A stretch of DNA of 64,000 bases, taken from Sphaerodactylus townsendi (taxonomy: Eukaryota). The notes under the pieces were generated by a model. That model saw nothing but the letters and a program-made list of their open reading frames with translations, was not told the DNA's origin and did no database searches. The stretch covers positions 148,490,001 through 148,554,000 of the forward strand of contig NC_059428.1 of the NCBI RefSeq assembly GCF_021028975.2, written 5' to 3'. A program made the translations under genes and the position numbers. Below, piece by piece: positions 11,293-23,797 of the stretch. Numbering within the stretch: the stretch's first letter is position 1; each line of letters begins with the position of its first letter.

Positions 11293-14105
11293 TATCAGAG
11301 CCACCCCGTGCAGTCAGAGCCTTTCTTGGAAAAGCAGCCTTCCCAAGAGGAGTGAGGCTCGCTGGCACCCCGGCCCATTCGTCAGGTGCCCCCCACGGAG
11401 AAGAGGAGGCACCCAAGGAGACAGCTCACCAAACGCGAGGATGACAATCGCCACCCCAGGGCGAGGGATCAGCCCCTACTCATGAGCGCAGAGGAACGGC
11501 AATGCCCGGCCTATAAAACAAGGGGAAGGCTGTGGGACTGTGACTCAGCCCCAGCCGGTTTTCATCTCCCATCGCGGTCCTGATGGAATCGGAAAGCACG
11601 GATAAATTGCAGTGATTCAAAGCCAGACGAGCCCCAAGTGAGATCTGGAGGGAGTTGGTTTTATGTGGCTGAAAGACTCCCTCCTCCCTTGTCTGTATGC
11701 AGAGAAATGATGTTAACAACTGCACAACGCGGAAGACTGCTCTGCCGGATTGTTCCCACGCTGCTTGTAATCAAACAGGGCCTATCCCCAATACTCCCCA
11801 ATACTGCAAACTGAGAAATGTCAGACAGAGGTTGTGCTGTACTTTGAATTAGGATCAGACACAAATAGCACAAATCCAGATGCATGGCAGAAGTGGTGGA
11901 ACCACAAGGCCCAAGAGGCATGCCCACGGATCCTCCACAGCCTCACAGAGAACGCTGCGTCACAACTCTTAGCCGCCCCGAGTCCTTCGGAAGAATTGGC
12001 GGGGTATCAATGCAATAAAAAAATAAAATTAAAGGATCTGTGGACTTCCCATCTTGGAACAACACTAAAGGTTATGCCGTCCCCCAAACAGCCACCACAG
12101 TTACCTGCAAAGCTGGGCTGGGTACAACTGCATCTTGTTGCAGTGAGTTCCACAAGTTAATCATGCATTGTGTGAAGACAGCCGTTCTTTTCTAGAACTG
12201 CCCGTCAGCCTTATCTGGTATTAGAAGAGACAAAAGTTTCTTCTTTCTGACCTCCTCGGAATTTTCCCTTCCAGGGCAAGAAATGAATAAAATAAATAAA
12301 GTAAGATGAATGAGGTGTAAGCTACTAGGAAAAGGTGTATGTATATGATAGGAAGGAAAGAATAAGTTGCAAACTGCAGGTTTAGAAGTCTAGGACATAC
12401 AATAAGCACAAGATAAAACCAGGGAGGGGGGCCTTCACCTGATTTTCAGGAAGTCTTGGAAGACTTTTTTCATTTTGGACCGCATTTGACTAATTTTACT
12501 TTCTAATTTATTTCCGGTCCTCATTGAGCTTTGAGATTGCAGCCTTTATAAATAATAATTGTGATTTTGTTTACTTTGTAATGCTTTAATAAGTAAATAA
12601 GTCAAATTTAAACGTCATCATGTAAACGGATCATTTCCAAGAGCAAGGCAATTATCAGGCAACTTTTCCAAAGCTAGTTAAAACTCAGCACAGGCAAGGA
12701 AACCCAAATCTTTGTTGAGTCCTTGACACAACTTCCGGCAACCGCGACATCCTTTTTGAGATGGGCCAAGCAGAACTCTCCTGCTTTGAATCTCCAGTGA
12801 AAACCCAGTTTCACCATTGAAAGAATGTGGGAGAGGATAACTGGGTATTGATCGTTCAAAGGAAATTGATCTGTGAGATTCTCGGGCGGGCCTCTTTCAG
12901 AGTATAATCTCAGTCTTCACAGAAGGAAGATCCGTTTGTCATGAAGCATTAATTGTCTGCGAGATTCTTTGATGCCTAACGATCCACAGGCTAATGAGCC
13001 AATTATTGACGCAGCGAGTACGAGACAGACACCGTTGTCATAATAATGCTTGTGTGATTAAACACGATGGATGAGTCGGCGTTGGCTCACACAGTGACAA
13101 CCTGGTGCTTCACTGTCCCCTGTTCATTAGGAAAGGGAAAACAAGTCAGCAAACCAAGGGAGCCACTCATTCTGGTGATCACGCCAGTGTGGGCAAAGAA
13201 AGGCCTGAGGGAATGCAAAGAGTGACTGCAGAAGAATCCTGTGAAACTCAAAAGCTTGCCTGCTCCCACACCAAACTGGGCGGTCAAAATATACATAACA
13301 TAATCCAATGCACAGACTAAAGCATTTTGGGGCATCTGTAGCCTGCCACCCGCAATGTTTCTGCATCATTTCCCCCTTCCCTATCTTCTACCACCAGATG
13401 AACGGGCTGGACCTCCAGAGGAACGGGTTGGGTGATATGACAGCCACATCTGTTCCTCAAAAAGAGTGATCTACCTAGACGGCTTGAAGGTCCATCTCCT
13501 CCCCTACTGTCCAGATCCGCCTCACTAACCCTGTGTTTGGTTTCCTCACTTTCAGAGGTGACATTGGGTGGTTATTAGAAACAGGGCATTTTGGGTGGTA
13601 GCCCCTCACCTTTGGAACACTCTGTCCCTGAGAGTGGCCTAGCTTATACTTTACTTTCTTTTAGGTGCCAGGCCAAGATCTCTCTCTTTACTTTCTAGCT
13701 TTTCAATGATCTATTTTATTAGCAATTTCATCCTGTGTCTATGTCCCATGGCACATTTTAATGGCTTACTATTTTTATATTAATAATTTATTATTTTAAT
13801 GGTCAGTTGCCTCTGAAGAGGGGAGGCACAGAACTCTAAATAAATAAAATATATTCAGAGCGCCGTCCCAGTGAACAATCTCACATATTTCAAACCCGTT
13901 AAAATTTCCAAAATAGTCTTTGGGGCAGCCCCACATGGAATGCAGAGCAGTAGTCTAGCCTCAGCGGTTCCAACAAGTGGAAAACTGTCCTCTTTTTACA
14001 GGACTGCATCATGACACAGTCCCATTGCTCAGAATTTTGGATTCTGTATTCACAAGTCACGGAAGATGTTTCATTGCTTGGCTGAATGAAAGAATATAAG
14101 CAAAT

Positions 14106-15083
14106 CACTGGCGTAATGCCCATTGGGCAAGGTGGGCAGCTGCCCAGGGCATCACCTTGTGGGGGGCATCAAAATGCTGGGTTCGTTTTGGGGTTTTTTA
14201 GTGGTTTTCCATTTTTGGCCTGCAGGGGGCATGGTTTTTAGGCTAGCAGCACCAAAATTTCAGTGTATCATCAGGAGACTGTCCTTATTCTACCCCCCCA
14301 AGTTTGAGTGAGGGTTTGGGTTCAGGGGAGTCCAAAGTTATGGACTTCCAAAAGGGGTGCCCCTATACCCCATTGTTTCCAATGGGAGCTAATAGGAGAT
14401 GGGGCTACAGTTTTGAGGGTCCATAACTTCGGCCCCCTAAACCACACTGCACCAATTAGTCTTTGCAGGGGAATTCAGTTAGGGGCAGTCTCCCTGAGTG
14501 AGACCCTGAAATTTTGAGTGCCAATACATCAAAAAAAATGCGCCCCTGCAGGACACATCCCAGAAATTTTGCCCAAGAATCTTTGTTTTGGGCCATTGAG
14601 TTTTCTGCATTGCTGTCAATGGGGGTTGCAGGCTGGGGGGGCACATTTTGAAGGCACAGTCTCAAAACTTTCAGGGTCTCATCAGGAGACTGCCCTAATG
14701 ATTCCCCCCAAGTTTGGTGCAGTTTGGTTCAGGGGGGCCAAAGTTATGGACCCTCAAAACTGTAGCCCCCATCTCCTATTAGCTCCCATTGGAAACAATG
14801 GGGGATGGGGCACCTCCTTTGGGAGTCCATAACTTTGGACTCCTTGAACCAAACCTCACCAAACCTGGGGGGTAGCATAAGGACAGTCTCCCGATGATAT
14901 GCTGAAATTTTGGTGCTGATATGTCTAAAAACTTCACCCCCTGCAGGCACCAATGTCCTGGTGCAAAACATTTTTTGGTCTTGGTGGAGTGGCCGCCCAC
15001 GGTGTGTGGCGGGGGGCGGGGGCATCCAACTCAGGTTTTGCCCAGGGCTACAGTTTGCCCAGGGCTGCCTCGTTACGCCCCTG
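14106..15083. mobile_element. Non-autonomous hAT-like element with long internal inverted repeats
   Basis: Ends CACTGGCGTAAT / GTTACGCCCCTG; 8-bp TSD AAGCAAAT/GAGCAAAT (7 of 8 match); about 14220-14455 is inverted relative to about 14710-14945. Confidence 0.75.
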
Positions 15084-17518
15084 GAGCAAATGGTGTCTTT
15101 TTCTTGATCTCCTTGGCAAGCAAGACCCCTTTCATTGGCTTCCTGGATCCTCAGGGATCAAGCAGTTACAAGATAGCCTCCTCAGCACAGTCCCTCTCAA
15201 TAAAGCCATTTCTGTTCAATCGCGCCGCTGTAAACAAACATCTAATCTTTCCTCCGCTTAAAAGACACAGACTGCTTTGTTTGAAACTCCATCATTCCCA
15301 AAGTGGATGTTTCAGTAACAGGCACTGCAGAATGATCAATCTCCCCAAATTACCCTGCTAAGATTGGATAAATGTCATATACTCAATAGTACAAGCTCAC
15401 CAGCAACCACTTCCAAAGCAACAGCGCCCGATAATGCTGTGTTAAAAATACATGAACAGTGTCTGACGGCATAACAGCCCTGCGCAAACAGATTGCAAGC
15501 ACACAACTACACAGGCAGTAGTTATACACATTTATTTTGAGAACTTCGTGCAACACAAGCAATGAAACAGTTGAATGCAAAGAAATCCATTTTTTTTTCT
15601 AATCATGGTTTGCCATTTGCCACAGCTAGAAATCAACCCTGGAAGATGAGCTGAAAGAATCCCTATTTTGGGGAGAGGAATACAAAATTTCAGGTTGGGG
15701 GTTTCCCACCGACTCTCCAGCCAAGTAAATCTGATCCAATCAAGTAAACTGATTCCTATGAACTGTGTACTGGTATGTAGTACCATTCCAGAATATTTTT
15801 CTATCTGTGGCCCCAAGGTGTGAAAGTTTCCAAGATCTTTAGCAGTTTACTGCTGAGGGGCAAAAGGCTCAGGGAAACATAGATGCAGCTTAGCAAAACA
15901 AAACAAAAAAATTGAATGCCTGTTGCTTTATTTTCACAGCGCACCGGCGTGCATTAAACATGCATAAGAGTTACTGATGACTGCATTCATCACACCTCTA
16001 CATCCATCCAAATTTCTGTGCTTTTTTAGTAAAGGAATAAAAACACACGCATCTTACGGGTTATGAATGAAGAATGAATGAGTCAATCCCTGAAGAGATG
16101 CTCAAAGGGACCCTTTATGGCTTCCACAACACAATTAAGTCTGAACCTGGCATGAGTCACAACCGGTAATGAAAACATGCTGTACTACCAGGATGATCAT
16201 AGTTTAGAGGGCTCTGGAGAGAAGGTAAGAAGGACTTTTAACTAGTGGTGACTTCCAGTCTCTCTGCAGATTTTTCAGCGCTCTCTGCCACACTGCCTTC
16301 TCAACCGTCTTCGGCAATCTCCTCAAAATGAATTTCTAGCATGCAATGAAGAAGAAACACGTCCAATAACTTGATCACTGCAACCACAAAGCACCTCACT
16401 CTAATCAGGGGTGCATCTGCTGCTCTGATCTAACAATCATTTGCACAACGGCTGCAGTTTAACCATTCTATCCCATCCTATACAATAGCTCAGCAGAGTT
16501 ATATACTCTCTGAGGATTACTGTTGAGCCTCTGGATGAATAACTGTTCCTTGCTTTCCCTCTTTTTTCCAGTCAGAGAAGACTCACGCTGAACAGCCATT
16601 CATCGAGAAGTTGGGAGGCTCCCCAGAAGGGCAAATCTTTCCAGAGGCTAGAGCAAACTGCACCTCCCATTTTTAATTCACATTTTTTAAAAAGCTCCCC
16701 AGTCCAGGAACTAGTTGAGAAAAACCAGTGGATGAGTTGTAGCTGTTCAAAACCACTCTACTGTGACCATTCGTTACGGACACTGAGAGAAAACACTAGG
16801 AAGACATAGTTCGGCTCAAATTGCTTTGCTTGCGCAAGTGCGACAATGAACAATGCCACTTGTGTGCGTTTGTGTGAAAAGCTTAATTACGAAGGCATAT
16901 TGACAACCATGCATCTGGCGGCCTGATCACTGCCTGTAGGATTTTTTGTGTAGTTCCGCAGACAAGTGACACTTCAGGCCAGCCATTAAAGTCAGCAGCT
17001 GCCATCTCATTTCGGGCTAATTGCGCTGCCAAATTGGACCGACGCTCTTTTGACATGGAAAAAAAATATTGCAAAAGTATAATTAATCTGGGGGGAAGAT
17101 TGAAAGAGGTGGTTAATTATGACTGTGAAGTGTTTTATGAAATAATTACCACCAACTCTCCCAGACATTTGTAAGCACCTCTCTTCCCTACAAACTCCAC
17201 CTCGATTGCACGAAAGGCCTGACTAGTTTTTTCCTCTGCCTAAAACATTCTCAGAGGGAATATTATAGTTTTGTGTCCTGAAATAGTCCCTAGTTGCTAA
17301 AATGTTTATTTTTCCACTTTTATGAAAAAATTTCCTTCCTCCTGTAGCTTCTAGTCCCTTTGTGTTTCGAGATGCTTTTTCACAGGGAAACATATCCCAT
17401 AGCCCTATGGCCTGTGCCTGGACACGTGAATCTGCTTTATGCTGACTCAGATCATGGGTCCATCAAGGCCAGTATTGTTTGACACAGTTGACAGCAGTTC
17501 TCCGAGGTCCCAGATAGG

Positions 17519-17670
17519 ACTTCTTCCACACATGCAGAATAATGCACTTTGCAGAATAATGCAGAATAATCTACTTGGCAGCTGGATTTGACTGTGTGGA
17601 ATAGCAAAATCCACTTGCAAACAATTGTGAAAGTGGATTGAAAGTGCATTATTCTGCATGGGCGGAAGGG
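17519..17670. mobile_element. Second copy of the Harbinger-like MITE, opposite orientation
   Basis: Internal region is the reverse complement of that in 1713-1858. Confidence 0.6.
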
Positions 17671-17717
17671 GTTGTAGTAGAGAGTCATTCACATCACCTT
17701 CTCCGTGGCTCTTTTAA

Positions 17718-17900
17718 NNNNNNNNNNNNNNNNNNNNNNNNNNNNNNNNNNNNNNNNNNNNNNNNNNNNNNNNNNNNNNNNNNNNNNNNNNNNNNNNNNN
17801 NNNNNNNNNNNNNNNNNNNNNNNNNNNNNNNNNNNNNNNNNNNNNNNNNNNNNNNNNNNNNNNNNNNNNNNNNNNNNNNNNNNNNNNNNNNNNNNNNNNN
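17718..17900. other. Assembly gap (N run)
   Basis: 183 N. Confidence 1.
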
Positions 17901-17944
17901 CCCCCCTCCCCCCACATTACCAGATCAGCTGCACTGGGGAATCT

Positions 17945-18058
17945 GTAAGTAGGGTTTATTTTTGTAGGGCTTATATTTCAAGCATCCTCCAAAAAATCCC
18001 AAAAAATCATGCAAGGGCTTATTTTCGGGGTAGGTCTTATTTTTGGGGAAACAGGGTA
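17945..18058. mobile_element. End of a Tc1/mariner-pogo type MITE, truncated at an assembly gap
   Basis: Repeated AGGGCTTAT(T)TT units ending in GGTCTTATTTTTGGGGAAACAGGG-TA. Confidence 0.45.
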
Positions 18059-18399
18059 CATATACAGTATATGGGGGTACCATGATCTGTTCAGTGCTTA
18101 GGGCTTCTAAAGGTCTTGTTATTATTTTTAATTTATTTTATCATTTTCATTTTATGTTATTATTTTACCAGAGTTGCAAGCCGCCTTGAGCTCCATAAGG
18201 AGGCAAAAGCGGCTCATAAATGTTTTAGATAAATAAACAAGGCACACCCGTTGCCAGCTCCCGTCCTGGCAATTCCTGGAGATTTGGGGGTGGAGCTTGG
18301 GCAGGGTTAGCAGCCCACTTCAGACAGGTCCCCCACCCCCCCCAAAGACCCCTCGTGAGTATTTGTTCAGGTCAATCACCCCCTGCAAAAACACACCTC

Positions 18400-19050
18400 C
18401 CACTATTAGAGCGCCGCCGCTTGCCTGTGGCCCGGCGGAACTACAACTCCCAGCGCCCTTTGCGAGGGGACGCGCCGGCCGCACCTGGGCGCCACGCCAC
18501 GAGGCCGGTGGGTGGGCGGGGCGTTCCGGGCAGCGGGCGAGCGAGGCGGGCGGTCCTAGAGCGGCCCGGCGCGGCTCCAGGTGGGCGTCGCCGCTCTAGG
18601 CCGCCGTCTCTGCGCGGTTGCTAGGCGGCGCTCGGGGCCTACTAGGCCGCAGCCGGCGGGGGCCGAGGTCGGGCGGCCATGGCGGCGTCGCCTCCTGCTC
18701 CCCCGGCGTCGCGGGGCTCGGAGGGCCCGAGCTGCGTGCTGTGCTGCGGCGAGCTGGAGGTGGTGGCGCTGGGCCGCTGCGAGCACCCGATCTGCTACCG
18801 CTGCTCCGTGCGGATGAGGGCGCTCTGCGGGGTGCGCTACTGCGCCGTCTGCCGGGAGGAGCTGGCCCAGGTGAGGGGGGGGGGGCGGGGTGTGTGTGTG
18901 TGTGAACAGATCCCGCTCAGCCAGGGGATCCGGGAGGAACCCCGCCCCCGCCGGGAGGTTGGCAACTCCAGGAGGAGGCGGGGGAGGTCCCACGGTTTCG
19001 ATTCCTGCCCGGGGCCTCCTCTGCAGGGCTGGCTGCGGCAAAACGAAACG
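18400..19050 (+). promoter_or_regulatory. CpG-island promoter of ZNF598 with ZNF143/THAP11-type element and GC box
   Basis: Very GC- and CpG-rich. ACTACAACTCCCAGCGCCC at 18440-18458; GGGCGGGG near 18513. Confidence 0.8.
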
Positions 19051-22000
19051 GAAACCCATATACAGGTGTCAAACTCGCGGCCCTCCAGATGTTCATGGAC
19101 TACATCATCCCCTGCCACCGTCATGCTGGCAGGGGGTGATGGGAGCTGTAGTCCACAACATCTGGAGGCCGCGCGTTTGACACCTGAGATAAAGGCAGAC
19201 CCTGAATGGAAGACATAGGCCAGGGATCTGCAACCTGCGGATCTCCAGATGTTCGTGGACTACAGTTCCCATCATCCCCTGCCACCATCATGCTGGCAGG
19301 GGGTGATGGGAGCTGTAGTACACAACATCTGGAGGGGCGCAAGTTGGACACCTGTGCTAGACTGTCAAAGGCAGTCCCTGAATGGAAGACATGGACCCAC
19401 CCATGATCTTATTATTATTCTTGGTGGACATAACTGCCCCAAATCTTCTTTTTGAGGACAGCTCTCGAGGTGGGTATGGGGAGGGGGCTTGCATTTGAGA
19501 AAATGCAAGTTTTTTCCCAGGTATGCCCCTCCCCAAAATAAGATGGGGTGTCTTACATACAGAGTTATGTGCATATATAACATAAGAGGGTTTATCTTGC
19601 ATTCAGGATCGTGTTGCTTTTGAAAAGGTTGAAACCTTTTAAGATGCGGGGTGTGTGCTTTGAATATTGCTGACATAATTCCCATATTATTGTTTCAAAC
19701 TTGCTTGGGAGCCCATATCTCTCTTTGGCCCCTGCCCCAGGTCTGTATTAAGATGCACTCAGGATAGCTAAGGTCTCCCTACGGCTGTCAGCTGAGTAGA
19801 GCCTCCCATGTCCCGAGGCAGTCTACCTCCAAGTGCTGACTGGCGACTGGCGAGGTGGAGAATAACATGCTGCTCGGGTGGGGCTTCTCTTTGTCCAGCA
19901 TTCTTTCCCACCCACCCCTGGCAGCAGGCTATGTATGTATCTGTGCGCCTAGAAAGGAACTTAGCGGGATTATTTCTGAATAAATGCACGCAAGGGCAGG
20001 CTGAGGTTGTGGCCAGGCATCGGTCAGGAAGGATGGCTGGAGGGGAGACAGCCCAGAAAGGGTCAGTATCCCTACTGGGGTCTTGCTGTTCTCTCACCCC
20101 CCACCCTGTTCTCTATTGAACTCAATAGATTGAACTCAATCCCTACTGGAAACATGGACCTGTGGCTCACAACACTTCCTGTGCCTGTCTTGTGTCTGTG
20201 AGCACTCCTGAAACAGGGACTGCTGGGGAAGGCTTGAAACCCGGCCTCTTCTTGTCAGAGCTAAATAGGGCGTTGGCTGCGTGTGCAGAGGCGGAGGCGT
20301 GCCCGGAATTGCCTTGAATCGACACCTTCCGATGTAGGGCAAACTCCTCTCTGCAGCACAAGTGTGTTTGTTTTGCTTTCCCCATTGAGTTCCCTGCATA
20401 ATGAGCGGGGTGCAGTGCGTAGCCCCTGCTCTCTTTCAGGTGACAAAACGGAGTTGGGGATAGGAAAGGTTGCCCCTCTGCTTGGGTGCCTGAAATAGGA
20501 AGCATTTCTTCTGTCGGCTCTCGTGGCCTTTTCAAGCAGCAGCCGGGCAAACGCTTGTTTGGGATGATCTAGGCCAGGGGTAGAGAACCTTTAACACTCA
20601 AAGAGCCATTTGGACCCATTTTCCACGGGAAAAGAAAACACTTGGAGCCACAAATAATTTTTGACATTTAAAATAAAGATAACACTGTATATATTGGGGT
20701 TTTTTACCTTTTACTTTGCTCATTCTGAGAAGCGCATGGATGCGTCCGCCCTGCTGCCTGCAGGGCAGGCCAGGATGGGGCCAGCGGCTCGACCTCACTG
20801 GCCGCCGGGAAAGCACCCGCCCCGCTCCAACGGGGCAGGCGAGAGGGGAAGCCCACGGCGCGGCGCTGCCGGCCGCAGGCAGTTGGTGCACCCGCCCTGC
20901 TGCCTGCAGAGCGGGCAAGGATGGGGCCAGCGGCTCGGCTCGTGGAGCCGCAGTGCAAGAGCAGAAGAGCCGCATGCGGCTCTTGAGCCGCAGGTTCTCT
21001 ACCCCTGATCTAGGCTGATCCTGCATTGAGCAGGGGGTTGGACTAGATGGCCGCTGTGGCGCCTTCCAACTCTGTGGTTCTATCATTCTTCTCCAAGCAA
21101 CTGTGTTCTGGTTCCCCAGCCATCTTCCTTCAACAGAAGATCTCTGTTGTGTGTTTGCGCACAGAGAAAACTGTCAATCCAAACAGAAGTTTGGTGTGTC
21201 GACTACTGTTTTGTGTTTGTGTGCAGAGAAAACTGTCAATCCAAACAGAAGTTTGGTGTGGTCAGCTAATCCCACAAACGTTTCCTCCAGCTTTCGGCCC
21301 TGAACTAACCAGGCCGGTTCTGGCTCCTTTTCTGGCAGTGCTGTGAGGTCAAACTGCTATCCTTTCTCTGATACGATTTCCACTTTTCTGCACTGTGTCT
21401 GAGTGACCACTTCTTTGTGTGAGGAGAGGTGGGAGAAGGAAGGCCTGTGACTTTGGCTGTTGTGTACTGAGTCGTCTCAGCTGCTTCAAATCCACCCTCT
21501 GTTTGAGGAAGCGCTGAAACCAGGTGTGCGTTCCTTCAGCGCACCCTCCTCCTGTCCCCTTTAGCGATGAGCCGGCAAATATAAAGGATGTTCGGTTCAG
21601 AAAATCTCCCGACCGTCGGATTGCCCAACATCTGGGAATTCAGGACAGAGTGCTGATGTGTGAACCCAGCTGCTTCCGGCAGGCGTGCCGACAGGGAAGT
21701 TCCAGCCCGGGCATGCCCAGAAGGTGCCCTTTGCCCTTCTTGGCCTCCGCCTCAAACCACATGATGTCATCCTTGTTCAGGAAGCAAGGGCACTCTGCCC
21801 TTTCCTTATCTGAGTGAAGGTTGGGAAAGCAGGTTGCATGGGGGGCAGTGTGTGTGTGTTCATTCCTGCCTTGCCTGAGTTCCTTTCTCAGTCCAGAGTC
21901 TTCGGTGTGGTGCTCGGGTGTTGCTGTCTTGCAGGAATGCAAGAGGTCACCAGTTGTGGGAGGCCATGGTGCGTTTGTTGTTCAAAACGGGACTTTTTGT

Positions 22001-23748
22001 TCCCGAGTCCAGCAGCAGGAAACTCCAGCTCATGAAACCCTTCTGTGTGTGCGTCTTTTAAACACACACACTGCATTTCCATCAGTGGGTAGCCTGAATC
22101 ATCACACACGCTCGCACACGTCTTCTTTCCAAGGCTGTGACGGTTTCCATCTTTGGTACATAGCAGGGAAGGAGCATTTTTTATTGCATGCAGCGTCCTT
22201 TGCTAACCACACTCGGCATACGAGCGGCAAAGTGTGTGGAAGCAGGTGGTTCAGGATAGCATACTCAGTGGTCATAAAGAGACAGGAAGAAGGAGAGTTT
22301 GGATTTATACCCCACCTTTCTCTCCTGTGAGGAGACAAGCTCCTTTCCCTTCCTCTCCCCACAACAGATCCCTTGTGAGGTAGACAGGGCTGAGAGAGTG
22401 CAGAGAGAACTGTCACTAGTCCACGGTCACCCAGCAGGAATGCAGAAACACATCTGGTTCACCAGATAAGCCTGTGCCACTCAGGTGGAGGAGTGGGGAA
22501 CCAAACCCGGTTCTCCAGATTAGGATCCCCCTGCTCTTAACCACTACACCACGCTGGCTCATCTGACTGGGAGCTAGAAGTGTGTGTGGAGCAGCCCACC
22601 AGAGCAAAGGGCCTGGCCCCTGCTGGTTCAAGGTGGCCCCTGGCGAGCAGGCCCTGGTTGTGGAGCTAACCAAGGCCCCTGCTGTTATAACTAGTCCCCT
22701 TTTGGGTCTCTGGATCAGCTTCTTTGGTTGTGTGTTCCTGCACGGCAGGGGGTTGGACTTGATGGCCCTTGGGGTCTCTTCCAGCTCCATGGTTCTTTGA
22801 TTCTTCTGGCTTCCTGCAGTCTTCCCTCTCCGTCCCCTCCTTGTTTGGGAACCACCAGAGAAGAAATGGCTCTCTGAACAGGAAGGAGACCGTCAGAAAG
22901 AGCAGGAAGGGCTGGAACCTATTGAGCGATGCCGATCGCCTCGTCATCCTTGGCCGCCAGTAACTGTTATCAGCTCAGGGCGTGTGGGGCATTGCCTGCA
23001 AGACCTTTCTGAGCCGCAATGTCCTGCCTCAGCCCTCTTAGTCCGCTGGGCCGCAGCTGTAGCCGATAAAACAGCCTGGAATGTGTTGGATGAGACAGTT
23101 TTGGAAATATTTCGGGAAGGCCCCAGCAAATCCGGAGCCTGCATTTGCTTGGCCTGCTTTTAGGCATCTGGTTTTAGGAACCACACTTTTCTGGTAACAA
23201 GGGGGGATTTCGGTAAGTGCCGGGCCTCAGACCCACAGGCAGGAGAGCACCCCCGTGCTGCGCTCAGTTCAACTGGGGGTTCCCTCCCTCGGTACTTCGG
23301 CTTGCCCCCCTCCCCCCCCCGCTCTTCCTTTGGTGGAAGGCAAGAATTTCCACCGTCTTGCTGCATGACTGACTCGCTCCTTTGGGTGTTTCCCCCCCCT
23401 TCCCATCCAAGTTAAGTGACATCCTCCGTTTATTCTTGGAGCAGGGTGTCACTAGCCAGAGGCTCAAACCAGTGGCGGCTGTTTTGCGTGTGCGGGGCAC
23501 CTTGGGGGGGGGCAGGGGGGAGAACTGCACCTCCCATTAATGCCAGCTGACCTTGTGTGGCACAAGTGCCCGGGGCAGGGGGTGTGGCTGGACCCCCACA
23601 TTTTTTAATTGTTGCAAATGACGGGGATGCCCAGGCCAGCCGCTGCCCTCCCGAAACCCCTGCAGCTCTGGCCACGAAGCGAGATGGAAGAGAATGAGAT
23701 TTGAGGGGGTCAGTCGCTTGATTTGTGTCTGGTTCAGCCTCCCCCCTC

Positions 23749-23797
<49 letters not shown>

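Noticed and set aside
21150-21260. Direct repeats with a spacer, superficially CRISPR-like
   Set aside because: Only two units of a simple tandem duplication in a vertebrate intron; no cas genes.
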